The position numbers and the translations under genes were made by a program. Shown piece by piece: positions 1 through 10,556 of a stretch of 64,000 nucleotides of DNA (position 1 is the stretch's first letter; every line of letters starts with the position of its first letter). The notes under the pieces are model-generated. The model worked only from the letters and a program-made list of their open reading frames with translations, made no database searches and was not told where the DNA came from. The DNA comes from Clostridia bacterium (GTDB lineage Bacteria; Bacillota; Clostridia; Christensenellales; CAG-138), in contig JAFWMS010000003.1 of the NCBI GenBank assembly GCA_017545535.1, positions 41,991-105,990 of the forward strand, in the 5' to 3' direction.

Positions 1-317
1 AGATCATGTGCATCCGGGTCCTGGGCGGCTCCTCCCGCAAGTTCGCGGGCATCGGCGATGTGATCGTCGCCTCCGTCAAGACCGCCACCCCCGGCGGCAC
101 CGTAAAGAAGAAGGACGTGGTCAAGGCCGTGGTCGTGCGGACCGTCTCCGAGACCACCCGTCCCGACGGCAGCCACATCCGTTTCGACGATAACGCCGCC
201 GTCATCATCAACGACGATAAGCAACCCCGCGGCACCCGTATCTTCGGGCCCGTGGCTCGGGAACTGCGTGAGAAGGATTACATGAAGATCGTTTCTCTCG
301 CGCCCGAAGTTCTGTAA
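1..317 (+). CDS. rplN: 50S ribosomal protein uL14, 5'-truncated by window edge
   Basis: ORF 6..317 ([23 protein letters not shown]...[30 protein letters not shown]) is the C-terminal ~105 aa of uL14. The frame is open to the window start. rplX follows, as in spc operons. Confidence 0.95.
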   Translation, partial: IMCIRVLGGSSRKFAGIGDVIVASVKTATPGGTVKKKDVVKAVVVRTVSETTRPDGSHIRFDDNAAVIINDDKQPRGTRIFGPVARELREKDYMKIVSLAPEVL

Positions 318-329
318 GGAGGTAGAGAT

Positions 330-659
330 ATGAACAAGCTGAACGTCAAGAAGGGCGATCGGGTCCGTATCATCTCCGGCAAGGACGCTGGCAAGGAAGG
401 CAAGATCATGACCGCGTTCCCCGCGAAGGAGCGGGTCATCGTCGAGGGCTGCAACATGGTCACCCGCCATGTGAAGCCCCGTCGGCAGGGTGAAGCCGGC
501 GGCCGCATCGAGCAGGCCGGCACCATCCACGTTTCCAATGTGCAGCTGGTTTGCCCCAACTGCAAGATGCCTACCCGCGTTGGCCATGCCATCGTGGAGA
601 AGGACGGCAAGAAGGTCTCTGTCCGCGTGTGCAAGCAGTGCGGCAAGCAGATCGACTAA
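330..659 (+). CDS. rplX: 50S ribosomal protein uL24 (with CPNC...CKQC cysteine pairs)
   Basis: 109-aa ORF with a KOW motif (KKGDRVRIISGKDAGKEGKI) and a GGAGG RBS. It sits after rplN. Confidence 0.95.
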   Translation: MNKLNVKKGDRVRIISGKDAGKEGKIMTAFPAKERVIVEGCNMVTRHVKPRRQGEAGGRIEQAGTIHVSNVQLVCPNCKMPTRVGHAIVEKDGKKVSVRVCKQCGKQID

Positions 660-680
660 GGCGGAAGGAGGAAAATGTAA

Positions 681-1298
681 ATGGCTAAGAAAGAAGTCAA
701 GCAGGCTCCCGCGAAGGCCAAGAAGGCCCAGGCTGAAGCCAAGCCCTTTTCCGGCGAACCCCGCCTGAAGATCAAGTACCGTGAGACCGTCGTCCCCGGC
801 CTGAAGGAGAAGTTCCACTACGAGAACGTGATGATGATCCCCAAGCTGGACAAGATCATCATCAACATGGGCCTCGGTTCCGAGAAGGACAACCCCAAGG
901 GCATCGAGACCGCCGTACAGCAGCTCTCCGCCATCGCCGGCCAGGCCGCCGTGGTGACCAAGGCCAAGAAGTCCGTCGCGAACTTCAAAGTTCGTGAGGG
1001 CATGACCATCGGTGCCAAGGTGACTCTCCGCGGCGACAAGATGTACTACTTCGCCGACAAGCTCATGAACATCGTGCTGCCTCGGGTCCGTGACTTCCAC
1101 GGCGTGTCCGACAAGTCCTTCGACGGCCGCGGCAACTACGCCATGGGCGTCAAGGAGCAGCTGATCTTCCCCGAGATCAACTACGACGATGTGGACAAGG
1201 TGCGCGGCATGAACATCGTGTTCGTCACCAGCGCCAAGACCGATGAGGAAGCCAAAGAGCTGCTCGCTCTGCTGGGCATGCCTTTCGTTCAGGAGTAA
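681..1298 (+). CDS. rplE: 50S ribosomal protein uL5 with Lys/Ala-rich N-terminal extension
   Basis: The core ([15 protein letters not shown]...[18 protein letters not shown]) is uL5. AAGGAGG about 10 nt upstream of ATG 681 supports the 205-aa form. Confidence 0.93.
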   Translation: MAKKEVKQAPAKAKKAQAEAKPFSGEPRLKIKYRETVVPGLKEKFHYENVMMIPKLDKIIINMGLGSEKDNPKGIETAVQQLSAIAGQAAVVTKAKKSVANFKVREGMTIGAKVTLRGDKMYYFADKLMNIVLPRVRDFHGVSDKSFDGRGNYAMGVKEQLIFPEINYDDVDKVRGMNIVFVTSAKTDEEAKELLALLGMPFVQE

Positions 1299-1313
1299 TA
1301 AGGAGGAGCAATC

Positions 1314-1499
1314 ATGGCTAAGTTGAGCAAGAAATTAAAGCAGCAGGCTGCTCCCAAATACAGCACCCGCGCTTACACCCGCTGCCGCATCTGCGGCCGG
1401 CCCCATTCCGTGCTGCGCAAGTATGGCATCTGCCGTATCTGCTTCCGGAACGAAGCGTACGCGGGCAACATCCCCGGCGTCCGTAAGGCCAGCTGGTAA
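1314..1499 (+). CDS. rpsN: 30S ribosomal protein uS14, type Z (zinc form)
   Basis: 61 aa with CRICGRP...CRICFR cysteine pairs and an AGGAGG RBS. Canonical position between rplE and rpsH. Confidence 0.95.
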   Translation: MAKLSKKLKQQAAPKYSTRAYTRCRICGRPHSVLRKYGICRICFRNEAYAGNIPGVRKASW

Positions 1500-1513
1500 A
1501 GGAGGAAAGCAAG

Positions 1514-1906
1514 ATGACTGATACTATCGCAGATATGCTGACTCGCATCCGCAACGCCCTCGTTGCCAAGCATGAGTCCGTGGACGTGCCCTGCTCCACC
1601 ATCAAGAAGGCCATCGCCGAGATCCTGGTGGAAGAAGGCTACATCAAGTCCTATGAGATCATCGAGGACGGTCTTGTGAAGACCATCCGCATCCAGCTCA
1701 AGTACGGTCCCAACAAGCAGCGCGTCATCGTTGGCATCAAGCGGATCTCCCGCCCCGGCCTGCGCGTGTACGCCCGCAAGGACGAGATCCCCAAGGTCCT
1801 GGGCGGCCTGGGCATCGCGATCCTGTCCACCTCCCGCGGTGTCATGACCGATCGGGAAGCCCGTAAGCTCGGCGTTGGCGGCGAAGTACTCGCCTTCGTC
1901 TGGTAA
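1514..1906 (+). CDS. rpsH: 30S ribosomal protein uS8
   Basis: 130 aa with the classic uS8 N-terminus [15 protein letters not shown]. Operon order fits. Confidence 0.96.
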   Translation: MTDTIADMLTRIRNALVAKHESVDVPCSTIKKAIAEILVEEGYIKSYEIIEDGLVKTIRIQLKYGPNKQRVIVGIKRISRPGLRVYARKDEIPKVLGGLGIAILSTSRGVMTDREARKLGVGGEVLAFVW

Positions 1907-1926
1907 GATAATCAGGAGGAAAAGAA

Positions 1927-2469
1927 ATGTCACGAATCGGAAAACTTCCGGTGAAGATCGACGCCGGAGTGACAATCACGGTCGACGACAACAATGTTGT
2001 GACCGTCAAGGGCCCCAAGGGCACGTTGTCACAGCAGATGCACCCTGATATGCAGATCGAGCAGGACAACGGTGTGCTCACCGTCAAGCGTCCCAGCGAC
2101 GACAAGGCCCATCGGGCCCTGCATGGTTTGACCCGGAGCCTCATCCACAACATGGTGGTGGGCGTGACCGCCGGCTTTGAAAAGAAGCTGGAGATCGTGG
2201 GCACCGGCTATCGTGCCCAGCTCCAGGGCAAGAACCTGGTCCTCAACATGGGCTTCTCCCATCCCGTTGAGTTCCAGCCCCCCGAAGGCATCACCTTCGA
2301 GGTGCCTACCCCCAACAAGATCTCTGTGAAGGGCATCGACAAGCAGGCCGTGGGCCAGGTCGCTGCCAACGTTCGCGAGGTCCGGCCGCCGGAGCCTTAC
2401 AAGGGCAAGGGCATCCGCTATGAAGGCGAGACTGTCCTCCGTAAGGAAGGCAAAGCCGGTAAGAAATAA
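1927..2469 (+). CDS. rplF: 50S ribosomal protein uL6
   Basis: 180 aa, MSRIGKLPV...[21 protein letters not shown]. Operon order fits. Confidence 0.96.
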   Translation: MSRIGKLPVKIDAGVTITVDDNNVVTVKGPKGTLSQQMHPDMQIEQDNGVLTVKRPSDDKAHRALHGLTRSLIHNMVVGVTAGFEKKLEIVGTGYRAQLQGKNLVLNMGFSHPVEFQPPEGITFEVPTPNKISVKGIDKQAVGQVAANVREVRPPEPYKGKGIRYEGETVLRKEGKAGKK

Positions 2470-2490
2470 GAGAGGAAGGAGAGCTGAAAG

Positions 2491-2859
2491 ATGTATTCTA
2501 AGATCGATAAGAATGCGGTGCGTAAAGCTCGTCACCATCGTATGCGTCTTCACATCAACGGCACGCCCGAGCGGCCCCGTCTCAATGTGTACCGCAGCAC
2601 CGTGCACATCTATGCACAGGTCATCGACGACACCACCGGCAACACCTTGGCTGCTGCTTCCACTTTGGACGGACAGCTCAAGGAGCAGCTCGCCGGCAAG
2701 AACAAGACCGATGCGGCCAAGCTGGTCGGCAAGCTCATTGGCGAGCGCGCTCTTGAGAAGGGCGTGAAGAAGGTCGTGTTCGATCGCGGCGGTTACCTCT
2801 ACACCGGTCGGGTGGCTGCCCTGGCTCAGGGCGCAAGAGAAGCCGGCCTGGACTTTTAA
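2491..2859 (+). CDS. rplR: 50S ribosomal protein uL18
   Basis: 122 aa, [20 protein letters not shown]...[18 protein letters not shown]. Confidence 0.96.
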   Translation: MYSKIDKNAVRKARHHRMRLHINGTPERPRLNVYRSTVHIYAQVIDDTTGNTLAAASTLDGQLKEQLAGKNKTDAAKLVGKLIGERALEKGVKKVVFDRGGYLYTGRVAALAQGAREAGLDF

Positions 2860-2871
2860 GGAGGAAACAAC

Positions 2872-3387
2872 ATGCGTAACGACAGAAGAAGAGATTTCGA
2901 GAAGGAAGTTCCCGAATTCAAAGAGCGCCTCGTGTTCATCAACCGCGTTGCCAAGGTCGTCAAGGGCGGCAAGAACTATCGGTTCACGGCCCTCATGGTG
3001 GTCGGCAACGAGAACGGTAAGGTGGGCGTGGGCCTGGGCAAGGCCGTGGAGATCCCCGAAGCCGTCCGTAAGGGCGTCGAGGATGCCAAGCGCCACATGA
3101 TCGAGGTCCCCATCGTGGGTACCAGCATCCCCCATCAGGTGGAAGGCAAGTTCGGCAAGGGCCATGTCCGCATGCTCCCCGCTGAAGAAGGTACCGGCGT
3201 TATCGCGGGCGGTCCCGTCCGTGCGGTCCTGGAGATGGTGGGCATCAAGGACATCCGTACCAAGTCCTACGGTTCCAACAACCCCAGCAACTGCGTGAAG
3301 GCCACGCTGAACGGTCTTTCCCAGCTTCGTACCGCCGAGCAGATCGCGGCTCTCCGCGGCAAGACCGTGGAAGAGATTCTGGACTAA
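2872..3387 (+). CDS. rpsE: 30S ribosomal protein uS5
   Basis: 171 aa, [24 protein letters not shown]...[15 protein letters not shown]. Confidence 0.96.
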   Translation: MRNDRRRDFEKEVPEFKERLVFINRVAKVVKGGKNYRFTALMVVGNENGKVGVGLGKAVEIPEAVRKGVEDAKRHMIEVPIVGTSIPHQVEGKFGKGHVRMLPAEEGTGVIAGGPVRAVLEMVGIKDIRTKSYGSNNPSNCVKATLNGLSQLRTAEQIAALRGKTVEEILD

Positions 3388-3400
3388 GGAGGAGGCAATC

Positions 3401-3580
3401 ATGGCTAACTTGAAGATAACGCTCGTCAAGAGCCCCATCTCCTCTCTGAAGGATCAGCAGGACACCGTGAAGGCCCTGGGTCTCCATAAGGTCTATCAGA
3501 CCGTGGAAAAGCCCGACAACGCCTGCATCCGCGGCCAGATCTTCAAAGTGAAGCACCTGGTCAAGGTGGAAGAAGCATAA
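3401..3580 (+). CDS. rpmD: 50S ribosomal protein uL30
   Basis: 59-aa ORF below the track cutoff, read by eye: [67 protein letters not shown]. It lies between rpsE and rplO. Confidence 0.9.
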   Translation: MANLKITLVKSPISSLKDQQDTVKALGLHKVYQTVEKPDNACIRGQIFKVKHLVKVEEA

Positions 3581-3593
3581 GGAGGGTCAAAAC

Positions 3594-4034
3594 ATGAAGC
3601 TTAACGAATTACAGCCGGCCGTCGGCGCGACCAAGGCCCCCAAGCGGGTCGGTCGCGGCACCGGCAGCGGCCTTGGCAAGACCTCTGCCAAGGGCCACAA
3701 GGGCCAGAAGGCCCGCAGCGGCGCCAAGAAGAACGGATTTGAAGGCGGTCAGATGCCTCTGGCCCGCCGTCTTCCCAAGCGCGGCTTCACCAACATCTAC
3801 GCCAAGGAGTACACGGTCATCAACATTTCCGACCTGAATACCCTGAAGGATGATACGGTCGTCACGGCCGAGCTGCTCAAGCAGGAGGGCATCATCAGCA
3901 AGATCGAGAAGGACGGCCTGAAGGTTTTGGGTCGTGGCGAGCTTGCTCGTAAGCTCACTGTCAAGGCGGCGAAGTTCACCAAGACTGCCGAGGAAGCGAT
4001 CAAGGCAGCCGGCGGAAGTGTTGAGGTGCTCTAA
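3594..4034 (+). CDS. rplO: 50S ribosomal protein uL15
   Basis: 146 aa with the Gly/Lys-rich N-terminus ([26 protein letters not shown]) typical of uL15. Confidence 0.96.
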   Translation: MKLNELQPAVGATKAPKRVGRGTGSGLGKTSAKGHKGQKARSGAKKNGFEGGQMPLARRLPKRGFTNIYAKEYTVINISDLNTLKDDTVVTAELLKQEGIISKIEKDGLKVLGRGELARKLTVKAAKFTKTAEEAIKAAGGSVEVL

Positions 4035-5299
4035 TGTTTACCACATTCGTCAACGCATTCAAGATCAAGGACCTGAGAAAGAAGATCCTGTACACCCTTC
4101 TTCTCATCGTGGTCTATCGTCTTGGCTGCGCCATCCCCATCCCTGGCGTCGACGCGGCGGCCTGGGCCAAGCAGATCGAAGGTCTGGCTCTGTTTGATTT
4201 CATGAGCCTGCTCTCCGGTTCCGCCCTGTCTCAGTTCACCATCTTCGCCATGGGTGTCTCGCCCTACATCACCGGTTCCATCGTGATGCAGCTGCTGGCC
4301 ATCGCCATCCCCTCCCTGGAGAAGCTGAGCAAGGAGGAGGACGGCCGCCAGAAGATCGAGCAGATCACCCGGTATGTGGGCGTTGCCCTGGCTCTCGTGC
4401 AGAGCTTTGGCATCATCGTCACCTACGGTCGCTCCATCGTCACCGGTGAGCCCCTCTGGTGGTCCTACCTGACCATCTGCGTCTGCTCCGCAGCGGGCAC
4501 GGCGTTCCTCATGTGGCTGGGTGAGCGGATCACGGAGAAGGGCATCGGCAACGGTATCTCCATGCTGATCTTCGCCTCCATCGTGAGCCGGGTCCCCGAT
4601 TGGATCATCGAGCGGTTCCGTCTGTTGTTCACCGGCGTTCAGGTGTGGCAGTTCTTCGTGGCGCTCATCGTCATCATCGCCCTGATCACCTTCGTGGTGC
4701 TCATCGAGAAGGCCGAGCGGAAGATCCCCATCATGTACGCTAAACGGGTCGTGGGCCGCAAGCTTTATGGCGGGCAGAACACCTACCTGCCCATGAAGGC
4801 CAACGCCAACGGCGTGCTGCCTCTGATCTTCGCCATGACCCTCATGCAGGTGCCCACCATGATCCTCCAGTTCTTCCCCGGCTCCGCCGTGTCCAACTGG
4901 TGGGAGAAGTACATGAGCTCCAGCGCCGCTGTGCCGGTACCCTACTATCTCATCTACTTCCTGCTGATCATCGCCTTCGGTTACTTCTACACCTCCATCA
5001 CCTTCAATCCGGTGGAGATGAGCAAGAACCTGCAGCAGAACGGCGGCTTCATCCCCGGCATCCGGGCGGGCCGTCCCACGGGCGAATACCTGGGCAAGAT
5101 CAGCAACCGCCTGACCCTGTTCGGCTCCCTGTTCCTGGCCATCATCGCCATCATCCCTACCATCGTGCTGAACTCGCTGCATGTGACCAGCATGTTCGGC
5201 GCCACCAGCGTGCTGATCATGGTGAGCGTGGCTCTGGAGACCACCGAGCAGTTGGAGGCCCAGATGCTCATGCGGCATTACAAGGGCTTCCTCAACTGA
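4034..5299 (+). CDS. secY: Preprotein translocase subunit SecY
   Basis: 421-aa polytopic protein. Its ATG overlaps the rplO stop (TAATG). Canonical position. Confidence 0.96.
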   Translation: MFTTFVNAFKIKDLRKKILYTLLLIVVYRLGCAIPIPGVDAAAWAKQIEGLALFDFMSLLSGSALSQFTIFAMGVSPYITGSIVMQLLAIAIPSLEKLSKEEDGRQKIEQITRYVGVALALVQSFGIIVTYGRSIVTGEPLWWSYLTICVCSAAGTAFLMWLGERITEKGIGNGISMLIFASIVSRVPDWIIERFRLLFTGVQVWQFFVALIVIIALITFVVLIEKAERKIPIMYAKRVVGRKLYGGQNTYLPMKANANGVLPLIFAMTLMQVPTMILQFFPGSAVSNWWEKYMSSSAAVPVPYYLIYFLLIIAFGYFYTSITFNPVEMSKNLQQNGGFIPGIRAGRPTGEYLGKISNRLTLFGSLFLAIIAIIPTIVLNSLHVTSMFGATSVLIMVSVALETTEQLEAQMLMRHYKGFLN

Positions 5300-5303
5300 G
5301 CCT

Positions 5304-5921
5304 ATGAAAATGATCCTATTGGGCCCGCCGGGCGCGGGCAAAGGCACCCAGGCCAAGGGGATCGCCGCACGGTACGGCATCGCCCATATCTCCACCGGGG
5401 ATATGCTGCGGGCTGAGGTCCGTGAGGGCACTCCCCTGGGCCGCGAGGCCAAGGCCTACATGGATAAGGGACAGCTGGTCCCCGATGAAGTCATCATCGG
5501 CATGGTGAAGAACCGGATCGCGGCTCCCGATTGCGAGAAGGGCTTCCTCTTCGACGGCTTCCCTCGGACCATCGCCCAGGCGGAGGCCCTGGGGAAGATC
5601 ACCGACATCGATCGGGTCGTCGACATCGAAGTCCCCGACGAGCGGCTGATCGCCCGCATCAGCGGACGGCGCATGTGCCCCCTGTGCGGCGCCACCTATC
5701 ACGTCTCCACCTATGAGAGCAAGAAGTGCACCTGCGGCGGCACCCTGTATCAGCGGGATGACGACCGGGCGGAGACGGTGGCGGTACGGTTGGCGGAATA
5801 CCATAAGAAGACCGCGCCTCTCATCGACTTCTATGCCCAGAAGGGCAAGCTCACCACGGTGAACGGCGACGCGCCGGTCGACGTGGTGGCCGACGAGATC
5901 GCCAGGGAGCTGGACGCATGA
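5304..5921 (+). CDS. adk: Adenylate kinase (Cys-containing lid)
   Basis: P-loop [11 protein letters not shown]. Lid region CPLCGATYH...CTCGG. Confidence 0.96.
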   Translation: MKMILLGPPGAGKGTQAKGIAARYGIAHISTGDMLRAEVREGTPLGREAKAYMDKGQLVPDEVIIGMVKNRIAAPDCEKGFLFDGFPRTIAQAEALGKITDIDRVVDIEVPDERLIARISGRRMCPLCGATYHVSTYESKKCTCGGTLYQRDDDRAETVAVRLAEYHKKTAPLIDFYAQKGKLTTVNGDAPVDVVADEIARELDA

Positions 5922-6676
5922 TCACCATCAAGTCCGCCAGCGAGCTTGTGAAGATGCAGGCCGCCGGCAGGATCGTGGGCGAGACCCTTAAGCTCCTGGG
6001 CGAAAACGTCCGTCCCGGCGTCACCACGGCACACCTTGACAAGCTAGCTCATGAGTACATCCTGAGCTGCGGTGCCAAACCCTCCTTCCTGGGGTACGCC
6101 GGATATCCGGGCAGCGTGTGCATCTCGGTGAACAACCAGGTGATCCACGGCATCCCGGGCAAGCGCGTCCTGAAGGACGGGGACATCGTCAGCTGCGACA
6201 CCGGCGCCATCCTGGACGGGTTCCATGGGGACGCCGCCCGGACCTTCCTCTGCGGAGAGGTAAAGCCGGAGATCCAGCAGCTGGTCCGTGTGACCCGGGA
6301 GTGCTTCTTTGAAGGACTCAAGTTCTGTCGGGTGGGCTATCGGATCTCCGACATCTCCAAGGCCGTGCAACAGCACGCCGAACAGTACGGCTACGGCGTG
6401 GTCCGCGACTATGTAGGCCACGGCATCGGCCGAGAGATGCACGAGGACCCAGAGGTCCCCAACTACTACTCCCCCCGGGCGCGGCAGCGCCTCCACGCCG
6501 GCATGGCCATCGCCGTGGAGCCCATGATCAACCTGGGCACCTATCAGGTGAAGGTCCTTTCCGACGGATGGACGGTGGAGACGGTTGACGGGCTTCCCTC
6601 AGCCCACTTCGAGAACACGATCCTCATCACCGAGGGCGACCCGGTGATGACCACCTACTACGAGGGCGATCTATGA
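5918..6676 (+). CDS. map: Type I methionine aminopeptidase
   Basis: 252 aa with pita-bread fold motifs ([35 protein letters not shown]). ATGA overlap with adk. Confidence 0.95.
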   Translation: MITIKSASELVKMQAAGRIVGETLKLLGENVRPGVTTAHLDKLAHEYILSCGAKPSFLGYAGYPGSVCISVNNQVIHGIPGKRVLKDGDIVSCDTGAILDGFHGDAARTFLCGEVKPEIQQLVRVTRECFFEGLKFCRVGYRISDISKAVQQHAEQYGYGVVRDYVGHGIGREMHEDPEVPNYYSPRARQRLHAGMAIAVEPMINLGTYQVKVLSDGWTVETVDGLPSAHFENTILITEGDPVMTTYYEGDL

Positions 6677-6948
6677 GCGTCGATGTAACGGTTGGCGATC
6701 TGGTCGTCTCCCGGGCAGGCCGGGACAAAGGACGTCCCTTCGTGGTGCTTCGCGCCGAGGAAGGGTTCGTGTATCTGGTGGACGGAGACCTTCGACGGCT
6801 CAGTAAGCCCAAGAAGAAGAAACGGATGCATGTGAAGCCCTATCCCAAGAAGGGCTCCTGCCGGATGGAACTCCCTGAGGGAAGGCCCCTGTGCGACGCG
6901 GACATTCGCAAGCACATCGCCGCCCTCACCGCAGCCGATGAGATCTAA
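6673..6948 (+). CDS. KOW-domain small RNA-binding protein
   Basis: 91 aa with a KOW-like [18 protein letters not shown] and a KKKKR patch. This map-infA slot is typical in Clostridia. ATGA overlap with map. Confidence 0.8.
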   Translation: MSVDVTVGDLVVSRAGRDKGRPFVVLRAEEGFVYLVDGDLRRLSKPKKKKRMHVKPYPKKGSCRMELPEGRPLCDADIRKHIAALTAADEI

Positions 6949-6971
6949 GGGATCAGAAAAGGAGGTACAGC

Positions 6972-7193
6972 TTGTCCAAAGCGGATGTTTTTGAACTGGA
7001 AGGCGTCGTAACGGAAGCATACCCCAATGCCATGTTTGAAGTGACGCTTCAGAATGGACGGAAGATTTTGGCCACCATCTCCGGAAAGCTTCGCATGAAC
7101 TACATCCGGATCTTGCCGGGGGATAAGGTGACAGTGGAAATGTCCATGTATGACCTGAGCCGGGGGCGCATCACCTGGCGCGCCAAGAACTAA
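6972..7193 (+). CDS. infA: Translation initiation factor IF-1
   Basis: 73 aa ([52 protein letters not shown]). TTG start with AAGGAGG 7 nt upstream. Confidence 0.95.
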   Translation: MSKADVFELEGVVTEAYPNAMFEVTLQNGRKILATISGKLRMNYIRILPGDKVTVEMSMYDLSRGRITWRAKN

Positions 7194-7227
7194 GACCATC
7201 AGAACAAAAGTTTAAGGAGATAGAAAA

Positions 7228-7341
7228 ATGAAAGTCAGACCGTCTGTGAAACCGATTTGCGAGAAGTGCAAGATCATCAAGCGCAAGGGTCGCGTCATGG
7301 TCATCTGCGAGAACCCCAAGCACAAGCAGCGTCAGGGCTAA
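7228..7341 (+). CDS. rpmJ: 50S ribosomal protein bL36 (zinc form)
   Basis: 37-aa ORF read by eye: [46 protein letters not shown]. Confidence 0.92.
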   Translation: MKVRPSVKPICEKCKIIKRKGRVMVICENPKHKQRQG

Positions 7342-7459
7342 GCAAAGGCTTTAGAGAATACTCGCGGGGCGGCTGGCGCATTTCCCAAAGGGGAGGCGCT
7401 TCCTGCGAGCGGATATAGATACATACCCATTTTCAATTTTTTACGGAGGTAGAAACCAT
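7342..7459 (+). promoter_or_regulatory. Structured 118-nt spacer upstream of rpsM (candidate alpha-operon leader)
   Basis: Unusually long spacer for this cluster. On paper, helix CTCGCGGG...CCTGCGAG encloses CCC-AAA-GGG. GGAGG RBS at the 3' end. Confidence 0.3.
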
Positions 7460-7828
7460 ATGGCACGTATTGCTGGCGTAGACCTTCCGAGAGACAAGCG
7501 GATCGAGATCGGCTTGACCTACATCTTCGGTATCGGTCGTGCCCTGGCCAACGACATTCTGGCGGCGACGGGCGTGGACCCTGACATCCGGGTACGGGAT
7601 CTTTCGGAGAACGATGTCAACAAACTGAGAGAGTACATCGACCACAATGTGAAGGTGGAAGGCGATCTTCGCCGGGAAACTTCCATGAACATCAAGCGCC
7701 TGGTGGAGATCGGCTGCTATCGCGGCGTCCGTCATCGCAAGGGCCTGCCCGTTCGCGGCCAGAGCACCAAGCAGAACGCCCGCACCCGCAAGGGCCCGAA
7801 ACGCACCCAGGGCGGTAAGAAGAAATAA
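7460..7828 (+). CDS. rpsM: 30S ribosomal protein uS13
   Basis: 122 aa, [26 protein letters not shown]. Confidence 0.96.
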   Translation: MARIAGVDLPRDKRIEIGLTYIFGIGRALANDILAATGVDPDIRVRDLSENDVNKLREYIDHNVKVEGDLRRETSMNIKRLVEIGCYRGVRHRKGLPVRGQSTKQNARTRKGPKRTQGGKKK

Positions 7829-7842
7829 GGAGGGGAGAAGCA

Positions 7843-8247
7843 ATGGCTAAAGTAACGAAAGTCAAGAAGGCTGTCAGCCGTAAGCGTCGTGAAAAGAAGA
7901 ACATCGATCGCGGCCAGGCCCACATCCGTTCCTCCTTCAACAACACGCTGGTGACCATCACCGATATGCAGGGCAATGCCATCGCCTGGTCCAGCGCCGG
8001 TTCTTTGAACTACCGCGGTTCCCGCAAGTCCACGCCCTTTGCCGCCCAGATGGCTTCTGAAGCCGCTGCCCGGGCCGCCATGGAGCATGGCCTCAAGACC
8101 GTGGAAGTGTACGTAAAGGGCCCCGGCTCCGGCCGTGAGTCCGCCATCCGCGCCCTGCAGACGGCCGGTTTGGAGGTCAACATGATCAAGGACGTGACCC
8201 CCATCCCTCATAACGGCTGCCGCCCGCCCAAGCGCAGAAGAGTGTAA
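7843..8247 (+). CDS. rpsK: 30S ribosomal protein uS11
   Basis: 134 aa, [28 protein letters not shown]...[13 protein letters not shown]. Confidence 0.96.
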   Translation: MAKVTKVKKAVSRKRREKKNIDRGQAHIRSSFNNTLVTITDMQGNAIAWSSAGSLNYRGSRKSTPFAAQMASEAAARAAMEHGLKTVEVYVKGPGSGRESAIRALQTAGLEVNMIKDVTPIPHNGCRPPKRRRV

Positions 8248-8262
8248 GGAGGCATATTAGCA

Positions 8263-8889
8263 ATGGCAAGATATACCGATTCCGTTTGCAGACAGTGCCG
8301 CCGCGAAGGCGCCAAGCTGTTTCTGAAGGGCGACCGCTGCTACAGCGAGAAGTGCGCCATGACCCTGCGTCATACCCCCCCGGGCATGCACGGCCAGGGC
8401 CGCCGCAAGCAGTCCGAGTACGGCATTCAGCTTCGTGAGAAGCAGAAGGTCCGCCGGGCCTACGGCATCATGGAGGGTCAGTTCCATCAGTACTATCTGA
8501 CCGCCTCCAACATGAAGGGCGTCACCGGCGAGAACATGCTCCAGCTGTTGGAGCGCCGTCTCGACAACGTGTGCTACCGCCTGAACTTTGGCGAATCCCG
8601 CCCCATGGCCCGCCAGATGGTGACCCACGGCCACATCCTGGTCAACGGCAAGAAGGTGGACATCGCCTCTTACGAGCTGAAGGTCGGCGACGTGATCTCC
8701 GTGAAGGAGAAGAGCCGCCAGATCCCCCTGTTCGCCACTCTGCGGGAGCAGGGTGCCAAGCGCACCGTGCCCGAGTGGCTGGAGCTGGACGCCGAGAACC
8801 TGTCCGGTAAAGTCGTGGCACTGCCCAAGAGAGAGGATATCGATCTGACCATCGAGGAGCACCTCATCGTCGAGTTCTACTCCAGGTAA
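8263..8889 (+). CDS. rpsD: 30S ribosomal protein uS4 (Cys-cluster form)
   Basis: 208 aa with [16 protein letters not shown]...CYSEKC and an S4 domain. Confidence 0.96.
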   Translation: MARYTDSVCRQCRREGAKLFLKGDRCYSEKCAMTLRHTPPGMHGQGRRKQSEYGIQLREKQKVRRAYGIMEGQFHQYYLTASNMKGVTGENMLQLLERRLDNVCYRLNFGESRPMARQMVTHGHILVNGKKVDIASYELKVGDVISVKEKSRQIPLFATLREQGAKRTVPEWLELDAENLSGKVVALPKREDIDLTIEEHLIVEFYSR

Positions 8890-8932
8890 GCCTCAACCTC
8901 ACTAAAACGACATTACCGAAGGAGGGTACGAT

Positions 8933-9874
8933 ATGTTGGATTTTGAAAAGCCCAAACTCGAATGCGTTGAGATGTCTGAGAACTATGGCAAGTTCGTGGT
9001 GGAACCCTTAGAGCGTGGCTTCGGCATGACCTTGGGCAACTCCATGCGTCGGGTGCTTCTTTCCAGCCTTCCCGGCGTGGCCGCCACCTCCATCCGCATC
9101 GACGGTGTGCTCCATGAGTTTTCCACCATCGAGGGCGTCAAGGAGGATGTGACCGAGATCATCCTGAACCTGAAGGGTCTCATCTGCAAGCTCCATAGCC
9201 AGGGCCCCAAGAAGGTCATTATCGACGCGGCGGGCGAGTGTGAAGTCACCGCCGGCGATATCCTGCCCGATGCCGACGTGGAGATCATCAATCCTGAACT
9301 CCATCTCGCCACGCTGGACGAGAACGGCAAGCTCCACATGGAGATCATGCTGGATCATGGCCGCGGCTACGTGGTGGCCGACAGGAACAAGCGGCCCGAC
9401 ATGCCCATCGGCGAGATCGCTGTGGATTCCATCTACACGCCCATCACCAAGGTGAACTTCACCGTGGACGACACCCGTGTGGGCCAGATCACCGACTATG
9501 ACAAGCTCACCTTGGAGATCTGGACCAACGGCAGCATCAAGCCCGACGAAGCGGCCAGCTACGCCGCCAAGATCCTCACGGAGCATCTGATGCTCTTCAT
9601 CAACCTGACCGACAGGATCCAGGGCGTGGAGATCATGGTGGAGAAGGAGGAGAGCAAGAAGGAAAAGATCCTGGAGATGAACATCGAGGATCTGGACCTT
9701 TCCGTCCGCTCCTACAACTGCCTCAAGCGGGCCGGCATCAACACCGTGGAGGAGCTGGTGCAGCGGGATGAAGACGAGATGATGAAGGTCCGGAACCTGG
9801 GCCGGAAGTCTCTCGAAGAAGTGCAGCAAAAACTGGCGCAGTTGGGCTTGACCCTGCGCAGCAACGAAGATTAA
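8933..9874 (+). CDS. rpoA: DNA-directed RNA polymerase subunit alpha
   Basis: 313 aa. The N-terminal domain is followed by the CTD motif [22 protein letters not shown]. Confidence 0.96.
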   Translation: MLDFEKPKLECVEMSENYGKFVVEPLERGFGMTLGNSMRRVLLSSLPGVAATSIRIDGVLHEFSTIEGVKEDVTEIILNLKGLICKLHSQGPKKVIIDAAGECEVTAGDILPDADVEIINPELHLATLDENGKLHMEIMLDHGRGYVVADRNKRPDMPIGEIAVDSIYTPITKVNFTVDDTRVGQITDYDKLTLEIWTNGSIKPDEAASYAAKILTEHLMLFINLTDRIQGVEIMVEKEESKKEKILEMNIEDLDLSVRSYNCLKRAGINTVEELVQRDEDEMMKVRNLGRKSLEEVQQKLAQLGLTLRSNED

Positions 9875-9890
9875 TTAGGAGGAAGCAGCA

Positions 9891-10397
9891 ATGGCAAACA
9901 GGAAACTGGGAAAGCCCACTGACCAGCGTGTTGCAATGCTCCGGAACCTGACCACCGCTCTCATCTGGAACGGCAAGATCGTCACCACCGAGACCAGAGC
10001 CAAGGAAGTCCGCAGCATCGCCGAGAAGATCATCACCTTGGCGGTGAAGGAATACAAGAACACGGACATGGTGGAGAAAGAGGTCTACAACGAGAAGGGT
10101 CAGGTCTCCAAGGAGGAGAAGCCCCAGGATCGTCCTTCCAAGCTCCATGCCCGCCGTCAGATCATGAGCTATCTGTACGACATTCCCGAGCCCAAGAAGG
10201 AGAAGGAGACCAAGAAGGAGTACCGGGAGCGCACCAAGGGCACCAACCACGCTGTGGTGGAGAAGCTCTTCCGTGAGCTGGCCCCCAAGTACGACGGCCG
10301 CATCCAGGAAGGCAAGAAGGGTGGCTACACCCGCATCTACAAGCTGGGTGTCCGCCGCGGCGACGCCGCCCCCATGGTGGTGCTGGAGCTGGTCTAA
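9891..10397 (+). CDS. rplQ: 50S ribosomal protein bL17 with internal Lys/Glu-rich insertion
   Basis: 168 aa with [20 protein letters not shown] and a C-terminal [25 protein letters not shown]. About 50 extra central residues. Confidence 0.94.
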   Translation: MANRKLGKPTDQRVAMLRNLTTALIWNGKIVTTETRAKEVRSIAEKIITLAVKEYKNTDMVEKEVYNEKGQVSKEEKPQDRPSKLHARRQIMSYLYDIPEPKKEKETKKEYRERTKGTNHAVVEKLFRELAPKYDGRIQEGKKGGYTRIYKLGVRRGDAAPMVVLELV

Positions 10398-10419
10398 AAG
10401 ACCGCACAACGCAACTAAA

Positions 10420-10447
10420 GGACCTGCCAAACGACAGGTCCTTTTTC
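10420..10447 (+). terminator. Rho-independent terminator of the alpha operon
   Basis: GGACCTG-N8-CAGGTCC followed by TTTTT, 23 nt after the rplQ stop. Confidence 0.85.
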
Positions 10448-10488
10448 GTTCGTTCGCACCACTTGGCGGCGGGGGGGAGGCGATCTTG

Positions 10489-10517
10489 TTGACATAGGAA
10501 GACAGGTATCCTATAAT
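10489..10517 (+). promoter_or_regulatory. Consensus sigma-A promoter for the MoxR operon
   Basis: TTGACA (10489-10494), 17-nt spacer, TATAAT (10512-10517). Confidence 0.8.
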
Positions 10518-10556
10518 GAATCGAAGTGTAATTTCAGCTGAACAGGAGCATTGATC

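Noticed and set aside
2029-3438. 469-aa ORF antisense to rplF-rpsE. Similar long antisense ORFs occur at 4031-5452, 8257-8862, 9008-9829, 9738-11432, 13502-15448, 15470-17755, 18269-19684, 20064-21152, 21668-23191, 25059-26762, 30849-34322, 39681-42092, 45704-48460, 48539-49918, 49810-51114, 57376-58296, 58256-59191 and 62051-63262.
   Set aside because: These are shadow ORFs typical of high-GC DNA. Each lies opposite a confidently identified gene. They have Arg/Gly/Ala/His-rich low-complexity translations, no RBS, and no recognisable domains.
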